The notes beneath the pieces are model-generated. The model was not told where the DNA came from. It did no database searches and saw only the letters and a list, made by a program, of their open reading frames with translations. From Spongospora subterranea f. sp. subterranea (taxonomy: Eukaryota): a stretch of DNA of 64,000 nucleotides. Positions 38,801 to 49,713 of this stretch are shown piece by piece; the stretch's first letter is position 1; the number at the start of each line of letters is the position of its first letter. The translations under genes were made by a program, and so were the position numbers. The stretch is taken from the NCBI GenBank assembly GCA_049724395.1, contig JAUGWO010000107.1:186001-250000 (forward strand), given 5' to 3'.

Positions 38801-40591
38801 CAAGAAAAGGTAAAAAACCATCCGTCTTGCGTCTTTTGATTGCCAACAGAGCGCCATTAGCTTATTCGCAGTAATACTCGTGGAGGAAGATTTGATTCAT
38901 ATTCAAGTCGCATGGCAACCAGAGTCGTTCCTCGCCTGGCACGTCAGGTTAGTGTCGATCGTAATCCAAAAATAACGATGTAATCGGTTATAGGCGAATT
39001 CTGATCGTTCAAATTGTTCGACGTCTCGCGGCGCTCCAGATGTTCACGAAAGTCGCAGAACACTTATGACGGAAGTGCGCCCTTCTAACCATGACGGTGA
39101 CGTTTTACAACCACTAAAAGCTCAGGTAATATGAACAAGTAGACCCAGTGCCTTGCTTTTCTGATCTGATTCAAAGAGAGCAATTCCAAAGCTCTGCTGT
39201 GATCGCCCAGTTGCTGCAGTGGCTTCGTCCACAAGCCACGCTTCTTATTCTAGCAAGACAAAACAGTATCCCGATCAAGTTGAGTCTGTGATCAAGGATT
39301 ACCTCAACAACCCAGGAGGTCTACCAGAAATTCGTGAAGTGTTACTTTCCATGGACTGGGACTTAGGGGCTAAGAATAAAGCGACTGTTTTCAAGGTTCG
39401 ATTGCAGTTATCTTTCAATATTGTATGGTTTTAATTCATTTGTACAGGCGCTCAATATTGGCTTGGAGCATAAGGATGCTGACAGAGATAATATTGTTAC
39501 ACTGCTCGCTTATCTTAACTCCGAAAATGTGATCTCATCGAATGACGTAATGGCAGGGTTTTATGACATGATTGAATTTTTGACTGATGTCATGTGCGAT
39601 GTTCCTCACGCCCCTGAATGTCTCGGATCTATATACGGAAATTTGATTAGCGAGGTTAGTCCTGGTAACCATAATTAAAATTGTTAGATGATGCTCTTTA
39701 GGGACTTTTGTCCATCGATTCCCTTGCAAGAGTGGCTTTTGTTGATCAGATAAATAGTGGGTCAATAGGGCGTTTTGTTTGCAATGTTCTTCAAACCGTT
39801 GAAGCTGCTCAGGTTTGCCCCGCACTATATGTAGTCAATATTTCGTGACGCCTTTTGCTGATAATAGGGTTCTTCCGCTGCAAGCAAAATCGTGGGCGAC
39901 AGTCTATTTGACTTGCATATATTTTTGAGGCAACCTTTTCGTGACGATCCCTCAGACTTCGTCAAAAATCAAGGGCTTTGTAGTATTCTTCCTCAATTCA
40001 AATTGGTGGAAGAAATGAGGAATTTTTTGAAAGACGACCTTGTTATGTCGGACCTTCATGAATGGATTGGCAATGCTCTTGGCGAAAACCCGAAGCATGC
40101 AACGGCCTCCATTATTGCCAGGACACTTCTAGAACATTGCGTTCTTCCTTCATTCGCAAATTTTGAATGCGATGCAGTGTGTAAAAGTAAACTGTTTTTA
40201 CATTCTGCTAACTCTTCTTATTTTACAGACATGCGCGAGCTCAAAAGATGTAATTGCAAGCGAAAAACGTTTAATTGAAGAGTTCGCTCCATTATTTATT
40301 CACATATTGCCGTACTTGCGACATCCTGATTCGCTTTTGTCCGAAGTGCATAAGTTCTGTTTTGCCTTAAGGTTTCCTCCAGGTAAAAAATCAGCCGGGA
40401 TGAGAATGACTTTGCTTAGCTGCTCTCCGTATTTAGGGTTATCTTTACGGCTCTTCAAAATCCTATTAGACTTACGAATCTTACCACCTCAAGCATTTGA
40501 GACGTGGAGAAAAGAAGATCGGATTTGGCTGGACAAATCAAGGATTTTGGAAACCGTTTCCGAGTTTTTAGATCAGGTTTCCTGTCAATGA
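35846..40591 (+). CDS. EIF4G: Translation initiation factor eIF4G (MIF4G, MA3, W2-like); apparent frameshift at about 38773
   Basis: KALQIVDPATG, KIKSVLNKLTLDKFD, LIFDKALSEPTFVKMYSSLC, FKRLLLNQCQQEFE, RRFLGNVRFIGELF, EDIEALCKLLATIGK and MA3 DVMCDVPHAPECLG. Confidence 0.93.
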
Positions 40592-40754
40592 TGTCGTAGC
40601 ATAATAAACTGATTTCGGCTTATTTCCAAGTTTCCAAATTTGTCCGATACCGGAGCGATGTTAATCTCTTTCTTTTAATAGATAAAAGTCGTACTAAAGC
40701 GATCTTCAATCAGATTGTGTCACAAACTGATCAATTGTAAGTTCAGGGAGCATC

Positions 40755-41520
40755 ATGAATACCCGTATATCGAACCGAAGTCGGGGTATTTCACGTCAGG
40801 AATCAAGTTTAAAGATTATACATTTCAATGTGATTTACGTGTCCGCTCAATGCCCAAATACTCTTGGAAATAATATAACCAAATCGGGACCTGGGTCCGG
40901 TTATTGGAGTACTAATTCCGTTCGTGATCAGCGTGTCATTTGCGAGCTGGAATATCCATGCCTTTTAGGTATTTTACTACCGGATTTGTAACTCTCTTGA
41001 TGAGTGACCGTGCTCGTATTCTTTGCTCAACAGGGTTTTTGACAATATCCAACAAATCTTCATCATGCGCTTCTATGTCGATCAGTTTGGTGAATAAACC
41101 TAGCGAATGGATAACTGTTCAAAAGCCATGTCGTCTTCCTCATAATAAGGTTGTGACCATGAGATCTGGATATATGCCTGCACGATTTTTTCAAATTACA
41201 TGTCAGCGTGGAGCTCCTATCTCCATCAATTAGTAAGTATTTCAGTTTTCATGTGGGAAAACCACTCTGATGTGATTGACATGTGCAGCTGTCAAGCAAT
41301 GGGAATACCATTGATAACGGCGAACTTTCAATTTGGCGCCGGACTGAGACAGATGATGATCGAAAGACCGATCCGAAATTTCTACAACCCAGTAATGCCC
41401 GAAGCCAGAGAAGCCGATCTGATTCAGGGAATGATCGCGAAACATCAACGTAAGAAGAACGTGCACAGAAAAGTCATTCAAGAGCACACGGCCAGATACG
41501 AATGGCCAACTGGATTGTGA
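40755..41520 (+). CDS. Hypothetical protein, possible galactose-binding-like (jelly-roll) domain, 3 exons
   Basis: Clean in-frame GT-AG introns at about 40969-41033 and 41233-41289. The YWST..DQRVICELEYPCLLG..ISN...ARFFQITC pattern is typical of discoidin-like folds (inference). Confidence 0.55.
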
Positions 41521-41573
41521 GACACATTCTCGGGACTACCGAATTCATAGAGTTTCTGAAAAGCACGAGTTTA

Positions 41574-42454
41574 TCAATTCTTTCTTAATATATACATATA
41601 ATGATATTGCTCTGGTGTATCGTTCTCATATGGCTGTTTCGGCTTATCTATTGTAATTGTCGATTCCAGAGAACACCCTGGAACGGCCTGAAAATATCGT
41701 ATACGAGTCTTGGGTGCACCAAACGAGATACAGATATAAACCCCTCCTATGAGGTTGCTGGTCAACATTTTTGAAGTAAAACTCAATATGGAAGGCAGAT
41801 GAACCTTTTTTCAAAACACGATGCACCTGCTTGACCATTAGCGTGACTTCTGTCATGGCATCTTCGCCACATACAAGACAATCCAGAGTCCCTGAATATG
41901 TGCTGTGAAATCAAAATATCGATGTGTTTCAAATACTGACCTTTGTCCAAAACAATATCGAACGACGATTCGTCAAATTTCAGTGATCGCACATCCATGG
42001 TAAGATCTAGTAAAAAATAATTTAAAAGTGTTTATGACGCTTGATGGTCTATAAGGGAACAATACACTTCATCTCGCTCAACAATTTGTGTTTCGTGTTC
42101 ATGAGATCGATTATAGACCTGCACGAGTCGATGTTAACGACGTGTATTGCCCCATCTCGATATAAGCCTTCCCCTAGTCCTGAATTAAAACTGATCGTCA
42201 AACGCGGCGATAAACTCCCTCCCAGACCGTACTGGAATTGCCACAGCCAATGTGAAGTATGGCTTGATTTGAGGGATCAGTTATATAGTTCGCTAGATGT
42301 GGTTTTAGTGAGCCGTAGTTCTGATACCATTCGAATGCATCAGGTTCTCTATATTGTCATCAATACCAGTCGAATTGGTGGAAACTATGGGCTATCCAGT
42401 GTACTTCTCATATCTCTTCTCCCAATAGGATTGCAGGTTGTAATCCGAGCACAT
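41574..42454 (-). CDS. EEF1AKMT4/ECE2-METTL13-like SAM-dependent methyltransferase
   Basis: DYNLQSYWEKRY, FEWYQNY, ILHIGCGNS, MDVRSLKFDESSFDIVLDKGTLDCL and HRVLKKGGVYICISF. Confidence 0.9.
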
Positions 42455-43570
42455 TTAGAAAGAACCGGATCTGAGTCGACCTTATTATAGGCTGGAATGG
42501 CTGGACGGGTGTTCAAGACCAAGGTTTAGAGAACTACCGATCTGACCCAATCTGGCTGGACTGTTTGATGTGCTGGTTCAAGTCTATAACTCGCTCCTTC
42601 TGTGAAGGATATGTAGAAATTGGCTCCTTGACACACCAGATTTATGTCAAACGCCTTTTGCACCAAATTGCATATCATTCCGCAACATGGCAATCCTCAT
42701 CATTCCAAAGTGGAGCGCAGCTTAATTAGGGCATCTGTCATATACGTAATAGCTCTTTAGTAAACAAGCTTAATCGAAATCAAATGCTGTCGAAGTTGAG
42801 ATAGATACAATAGAAAAATATCGTGCACTAGATCAACCGGTCTCGTTCAAACACATCTACAACTGATGTGCCAAACACCAATGTAGTTGATGTGCCATCC
42901 GACGTTGTATTCTTCATTTCGAAGATAATTATATGGAGATTGCGGTAGTATTTACTGTTTTGACAGTGACCTTGCCGTGGCGGTCTTTTTTCGGACTTTC
43001 AAATGCCGAAGGCGACAGAGATACCTTGATCAGCGATCATTTCTATATCGATGTTGGCGATCAACTTGCTCACTTCTGATAAGGTATGGAAATGAGTTGA
43101 CAGATTTAGCGTTGAAATGATGACAACCGATGCACCACCACTGTTCGAGAATTATTTTATAGTTCTGATGAGCGTACATATCGTTTACTGATATTTTCTG
43201 CTTTGTTCATATGCCAGTTTCTGTATAACAATTGATATTGATGGTTTCTCATCTATAGGTTTAATAGCATCTTTCGTAATCGATCTCAGCCTATGTCAAT
43301 AAACATCACCCAATGTTCTAAATTGAAACCTCGTCTCGTTTAATGTTGGATCGATGTTCGAGAGCCTCTACCGTCGAACATTCTTGGTTTTCTTTCAATG
43401 ACAAATCATTATCATCTCACAATCGCTTGTTGACGTCGTGTTTGCGTTTAAACCTTGTTTTGGAGTTGCTCTTTGTTCTGCTCAACCAGTGCGATCATCT
43501 TCGTTTTGGTTCCTTCTTTGATAGTATTGACCCAATGTCAGTCTAATCTTGATGTCGTGTCGGGTGCTCG

Positions 43571-43753
43571 GTATGACGACAGACCTAGCACCTCCAGGTT
43601 GGCGACACCTGATAAGTTTGACGGAAATCGAGGGGAATTCCGAGCCTTTTTTAACCAATAAGCCTCAATCGTCAGCCTACCAGCAAACAGCAATTGGACA
43701 GATAGCGACCGAGTCGGCTACGCCATCAGTTTACTCAAGGGACCGGCGTTTTA
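43571..43753 (+). mobile_element. Ty3/gypsy retrotransposon gag fragment (pseudogene)
   Basis: RLATPDKFDGNRGEFRAFFNQ*ASIV...WTDSDRVGYAISLLKGPAF* in one frame with an internal stop; matches the PxxFDG...FL...D..RV.YA.S.L.G.A gag signature. Confidence 0.8.
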
Positions 43754-44041
43754 ATAGGATGTTGAATATCACTGCTGTACTATCGTATATAAACTGAGAT
43801 TGCTTGAGGTTTAAAGTCTGTTTGTTTCTTATTTTCTTCGTGTAATCAGCTTTGGTTGATTACATATAAACATTTTGCTCTTTGTTTTTGTTTTCATATT
43901 GTCTTTGTTGGGTTGTTGCTCTTGTTTTTCAGGAATTACCGTTGCAGTTAGAGTTACTTACCTGTCAAACTTGTTCTTCTGCGTCAACATTTTCGTCAAA
44001 ACGAAATTTTTTGCATTCATAATCCACCTCTCGCGGCTTCA

Positions 44042-44264
44042 TTCATAATATAATTGGCATGTGCGGTTTGATTATCGTCATTGATGAGTTGATTGTACAT
44101 GTTTCTTAGGTTTTTTATTTTCTTCATAATGTAATTTGCATGTGTTGTTGAATTATCGTCATTGATGAGTTGATTGTGCATGTTTCTTAGGGTTTTATAT
44201 TTTTTTCATAATGTAATTTGCATGTGTTGTTCAATTATCGTCATTGATGAGTTGATTGTACATG
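44042..44264. repeat. About 81-bp tandem repeat, about 2.7 diverged copies
   Basis: The anchor attatcgtcattgatgagttgattgt occurs at 44071, 44152 and 44234. Confidence 0.92.
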
Positions 44265-47014
44265 ATGTTTGTCAAATTCTGCTTCTTTCTACATTCACGC
44301 GGCTGTTTTTGTACCTATATGTTTTGTCCTGGTTCGCTGTAGTGTTTAGTCATCTCCAAACAAGAGAAGCGTTGTTGCTGGCTGTGCCCACTGTCATCAT
44401 CATCATCATCACAATTGACCTTACTGAATTCACATTGTCAAGGTTTTCCACTCCTCATTCCTATCAGTACACTTGCCTGTTCTTCTCTGTTCATGTTTTA
44501 GGCGAACGGATTATCCGGTTTTCTACTCTGTGTTTGCAAAGGAAATTGCTGATTCCCTTCCTCACCCCTGCCATCCCTCAATTGCACTACACTACAAAAT
44601 AGGAGTACGCCGGTACCTTCTATTCTGTCATTTTTGGGCGTATCAGATTCATATTCATCCCGCTTTGTCTGGTTGATGAACCAATAGAAATTCTGGGTTT
44701 AACGAGATACAGCAGGGTGAAGAAAGTGATCGATCTGCATTGGCCGAGGTCGAGTGCGCAAATCCCAGTGAACACCAGTTTTTAATATTTCAGCTCCAGG
44801 ATAGCAATTCTTTTGAAGTCGGTTCTCACTTTCAGGTCTATTGTCGAAGCGAAACAAGCATAAGAGAGGTCGAGAATGAGCTTGGAGCGAGGTTTGAAGT
44901 TACCCTCAGGTTTGGTCCATCGACTGCGCTCGGGTACAAGCCCAGTACAAGCAGGTCTCAACATGTACAACTACACGACAAATCTGGAGTCGATTAAACG
45001 CATTCTAAAATGGTTAGTTTGAGTTGCATCCCCTTCAAGCACATCGGAAAATTTCTGCAACAGTTCTTTTCCCTTGCTTGACATCCAAAAAAATCGTTTG
45101 AGCCTCAGTGTCTCAGAGCATATGAAGCTCCGGACGCACCAGTTCTCATCACATGCTTTTTGTGCTCTAAGAGCTGGATTCTTTGTTTCGGTCGTAGATC
45201 TTCTGCGTTAGGTTCTGAACATCTCTCTTGGTCCAAGTAACCTTGACGCCAGGAAAATGTTGTTTCTCGATGAGCGTCATGATTTTGGCTAATTTTTTAA
45301 CTTCCCTAGTTTGCAGAGGGCGATGATTTTGTTTTGAACGTCGTCGGGAATGAACATGTTGTGAGTCAGTTGCTCAAGCTCATCCCAGTGTACAATTCAT
45401 GATTATGCCCGGCGACAACTGCCATAACCTTATACCTGTTTCATTTTTCGTCAAAGTCGCTTCAACTGGCAGTAGCATTTTTGCTGTGAATCTTTCGTTG
45501 GGATGGGAAATACGGCAGCCATCTTCATGGTTATTTTTTGTTAATCTTGTTATGCCGATTAGGCCGTGTTTCGGTTACGTGGAAATCTCGTTACGTGTCG
45601 TTTGCTGTTCTGATTGCGCATTCAACTCCAATATTTTCTTTTTCCACCCATGTGTTCAATTAATGAGAAGTATTCGTTTTCGTGTTATTCTGATCTGCTA
45701 TCGGGGTGTTGAATGAGTATCATGAGCGATGCAATATTTTCTGAATGAACTGTTTGTTTTCATTGATTATTTCAATGATTGTTTTGTATCTTCATTTGCT
45801 ATTTGGCCAGCTTTCGATTGTTTCCATCCTTCTTCACCCTTTTTATCCGCCCTATTACTTTTGTTGTTTATTGCTCTCCTTTAGTCCGCTTCGATTGTGT
45901 TTGTCCAGCGTGTTCCTCTTTTGCTCAATCCTTGGTTTTCGAATTAGGCAATTGCCATCATCGGAAGCATTCAAAGGCCCTCTCTCCGCTTTCTCTGTAA
46001 GCGATGTTTGTGTAACGTTTTTTTTTTGTTGATTCAAGTGAGGCTCGTTTGTATCTTCGTTTGTTGATCGTAATTATTAATTGACCCTTCGTATGGCGTT
46101 TGAGGGCAGGTTGTACCTACAGTATACCCCTCTATCAGCCTTACTGTTTGGTCCGTCATCATCGAGTTGACACGTTATTGAGGAGATATTTTTTGCTTTA
46201 ATGTAAGAATATATAGATGCCGAAACTGTTGATGTGCCACACATACTTCTTTTTCAGAAAATGTTGACAGTCAGCGGGACAAGTCGAAGTGTAACCCGAA
46301 TAGAAAGTCGATTGTATCTTGTTGATATAAACGATGTTGCGCTTTCTGTGTTGGAGCTTGAACTTGTCGCTGCAGCCGCAAGTGAGTCGGGCGCCAACGT
46401 CTCAAACATCGTTGTTCAATCCGCAACGAGAAGAACGACTTTATCGATCTGTACAGCAGCGACCAGGAATTTCAGTGAATCATGCAACCATGCGAATTTC
46501 AAGCCGGCATATAACCCGCGTGACAAATGCATTAGTCAATGCACAATTGCTGCAGTGCTTTTTAGAGAAAAGCCACAGGTTGTTTTTTACAGCAACGATT
46601 CTCCAAGTTTGTTCTCGCGGCGTTTGTATAGGTTTCAATGGTATATTCACACTAGGTTAACTTGACAATAAAAAATACGATTTTCCACATCCGTCGTTGA
46701 TGCGATCAACGTGGGCGCCTATCAAGGATTCCAAGAAATTATGTCCGATTCGGCAAAATATGTGTATCGTGTTAATGGGTATTGTCATTTACGAAATATG
46801 ATTCCCACATTTCAGACATTCCAATTCTCATGGACCTCAACCATGACTCCTGGAATATTCAATCACAAAAAGTTATAGAGAAATACCAACAATATTACAA
46901 TAATAGTGTGGCCGCGCAGACACCTCTCCCACCGATCAACGTTTCTTACGAACTTATGTATACATAGAGCTGTGTCAGGGTGATTCCGTCTTGTGGAGGA
47001 GATAGTTATTTCAA

Positions 47015-47450
47015 ATGACTCGTAGGATCACAATCTGCATCTCGGCGAACCGGATCGGGTAAATCCCCTCCTTCAACACCACTCACGACCGTGCACCAAC
47101 CCGCAGCGTCATTGGACTCAATTTACCGCCATCTTGTTCAGGATTATTGGTCCACGACTCCCCGACGTCTACAGTTAATTGATGCATATTTGGTCTACAT
47201 TGTGGCGACAGGACTTGTACAAGCACTATACTGCTTCTTAGCCGGAAGTTTTCCGTTCAATTCGTTTCTTGCTGGATTTCTTTCTTGCGTTGCCAGCTTC
47301 GTGTTCGGCGTTTCGCTCCGATTCCAGACCTCTTCACCGTCTCAGTTCCGCATCGATAAAAGCCGCAGCATCTGCGACGAACGAGCGTTCGCCGATTGGG
47401 TAGCCTGCAATGTACTTTTACATCTTGTCATTCTAACATTTATCGGCTAA
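47015..47450 (+). CDS. DAD1: Oligosaccharyltransferase subunit DAD1/OST2
   Basis: TPRRLQLIDAYLVY, LAGSFPFNSFLAGF..CVASFV..VSLRFQ and ERAFADW...LHLVILTFIG. A micro first exon (ATG 47015, intron about 47022-47106) is inferred. Confidence 0.93.
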
Positions 47451-47739
47451 CCTTACGGGTATTCAAATGGAATTCAAACGTGTATTATCCGTTACTCTAA
47501 CGTGCATCGTCCAATTTTTTTTGACGTTGCTCTCAATAAACCAAGAACGAAAATTCTGAAGTATTTACTGAATGGTTGTGGATCGCGCTGGAATATTGGC
47601 TGAAATCGTGTTTGAACTGCTGTGAAGCCAGTCTGTCCAAATGGCAAATGCCGTGCATTATGTCCAGTGTAACGCATCAGGCGATTGGTTTTAGCTATTC
47701 TTGTGTAATGCATATTGCCCGATCAGTGCAAATCTTGTA

Positions 47740-49221
47740 ATGGATAATCCGCTGTTAGGTGCAAATGCGCCCACCGAAGATCTACAACCCGCTATCCAGC
47801 CAAATCAACCTAATATCGTTGACGAATGGTTCGCTCTGCTTCGGATAGGAGTTCCTCTAGCCACTCAGAATATGTTAGTCATGATATCATCTACGATCGT
47901 TGTTATAATGGTGGGAAACACTTCCTCTGCATCCAACGTTAATCTGGATGCATCGTCGCTTGCCAGTATGTACTCGAATATATCGGGTCTGTCAGTCGGT
48001 ACCGGTCTTACATTTAGCCTCGATACATTGTTCGCCAACGCGAACGGATCGATGTTGGATGGTGATAGGGCGTTAGCAGCTCTCTATACTCAGCGTTCTT
48101 TACTCGTTCTAGCCGTGGCGTTTATTCCTATTGCCTTGGCGAATGCTTTTACTTTTCATTTTCTGTATTTCGTCCTTGGTCAGCAATATGATATATCTGT
48201 CGCCGCTGCTGGGTTTGCTCATCGCCTGCTTCCTGGTCTTCCTTTTATGTTCATCAGCTGTATCATGACTAAAAGTCTTCAAGCTCGATCTATAATTGCA
48301 CCAACCGTTGTCATAGGCATTATATCAAATACTGTCAATCTGGCATTATGCTTCATCTTTCTCGAAGTCTTGCATCTTTTCTACTACTATGGTGCATGGG
48401 CTCGTTCTATCTCATCAATCATCGCTCCAGTATTATATCTGTGCTATTTTTGGTACCACAACTTACTGGATTTGTTGTGGCGCCCTTGGCAGGGTTCTCT
48501 GGTTTGCAACCCTCCAGCCCTTTATCGATTCGTGTGCTTATCCGTTCATAGCTGCCTTATGATTGTCGGTGAATGGTGGGCATTTGAATTTACTTATGCT
48601 ATGGCTGGATGGTTGTCTCCTTCGGATGTGAATATCGCGGCGCACACTATTTTGTTTACGTTGAATGTCATCAAATATGTTGGCTACTCAGGATTTGCTT
48701 CAGCCGCATCTATTCGGGTTGGGAATCACCTTGGTAGAGGAGATAGCATCCCAGCCAAAGCTGTAGCAGTGATCTCAATCACTTCCGTCGCTGCTTTGTC
48801 CCTCATTTTTGTTGCCGTAACATTGTGTTTTCTCAAAACACTCACGCGTTTCTATACTGACAAGCAAGAAATAATTGATCTGGTGCTGTCATGTTCTGTT
48901 CCTGTGAGTATATCGGAGGTTGCGTATGCAACTCTGATGACGGCAGGAGGTGTTCTTAGAGGATGCGGAAGGCAAAAAGTAGGGTCGGTGTGGATCGCAA
49001 TTGGATATGCGATTGGTCTACCTATGGCCTTTTTACTGTCAAAATCACAGGGACTTGGCGGAATTTGGTGGGGTAATGCTTTAGCCTTAATTATCGCTGC
49101 GTTGGCCAGTGTCTTCTATTTGGTTCGAGTAAGCTGGGTAGGCGCGGCTCGAGAAGCGCAACTTGGCTTGATGACGGATACAGACTCATCGTATTCCGGC
49201 CCTAACACTGGTAAACGATGA
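47740..49221 (+). CDS. MATE (multidrug and toxic compound extrusion) transporter, intronless
   Basis: About 12 TM segments, with SLDTLFANANG, QRSLLVL, EWWAFE, SIRVGNHLGRGD, GGVLRGCGRQKVG and GLGGIWWG. Confidence 0.93.
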   Translation: MDNPLLGANAPTEDLQPAIQPNQPNIVDEWFALLRIGVPLATQNMLVMISSTIVVIMVGNTSSASNVNLDASSLASMYSNISGLSVGTGLTFSLDTLFANANGSMLDGDRALAALYTQRSLLVLAVAFIPIALANAFTFHFLYFVLGQQYDISVAAAGFAHRLLPGLPFMFISCIMTKSLQARSIIAPTVVIGIISNTVNLALCFIFLEVLHLFYYYGAWARSISSIIAPVLYLCYFWYHNLLDLLWRPWQGSLVCNPPALYRFVCLSVHSCLMIVGEWWAFEFTYAMAGWLSPSDVNIAAHTILFTLNVIKYVGYSGFASAASIRVGNHLGRGDSIPAKAVAVISITSVAALSLIFVAVTLCFLKTLTRFYTDKQEIIDLVLSCSVPVSISEVAYATLMTAGGVLRGCGRQKVGSVWIAIGYAIGLPMAFLLSKSQGLGGIWWGNALALIIAALASVFYLVRVSWVGAAREAQLGLMTDTDSSYSGPNTGKR

Positions 49222-49713
49222 GGGCAAATGATGAAGAAATTGGATCTATGACTGATGAAGTAGAGGTTCAAGTGTATTATCTGATATCGCAGACGGCAAT
49301 AAGAGTAGCCAAAAAATCGTTCAAAAAAAATGTGGCACTCTCCAATCTGATATCCCGCGTATGCCAAATCTGGTAGGTTCGAAAATTCAAGACACATATC
49401 AGCACCGGAAGCCGCCGGCGCTCGAAAAAAACAAAATCATGGCTTCGTTTGTCGACACAAGTTGAAAGCAAGCATTGCACCAATCAGCCCCGCACCTAAT
49501 GACAGCGCAACCCTACACCATGAAATGATCGTATGTACCGCACACCAGAAAATGTCATGCGTGGGTACTGTAGTTTGGTGTACCTAACGTTCGTTGTATT
49601 GTTGCGGTGCGGGCGTGCTGATATACGTTGCAATTGACCTAACTTTCAAGTTTCTGCATCAGTAGTGGCCAGGACAGCGCAACCGTTAATAGTTTTGTTG
49701 CGTCTGTTTAAAC

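Larger units (their letters stand above)
42660..45560 (-). mobile_element. Degenerate Mutator-like (MULE/FAR1-type) DNA transposon relic, probably with a C-terminal Ulp1-like domain; ends not defined
   Basis: Across stops and frameshifts: KCYCQLK...RYKVMAVVAGHNHEL (FAR1 zinc-finger), TWTKRDVQNL, and LRLKRFFWMSSKGKELLQKFSDVL/DATQTNHFRM (start of the MULE DDE domain) at about 45480-45000. HWCLA and NDEDCHV lie at about 42883 and 42692. Confidence 0.8.

Noticed and set aside
44174..46032. Hydrophobic + strand ORFs (44174-44602, 45399-45716, 45745-46032) as membrane proteins
   Set aside because: They are antisense shadows of the A-rich minus-strand transposon relic.
47015..47106. DAD1 lacking an in-frame start codon
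   Set aside because: A canonical phase-1 intron from about 47022 to 47106 joins ATG 47015 in frame.
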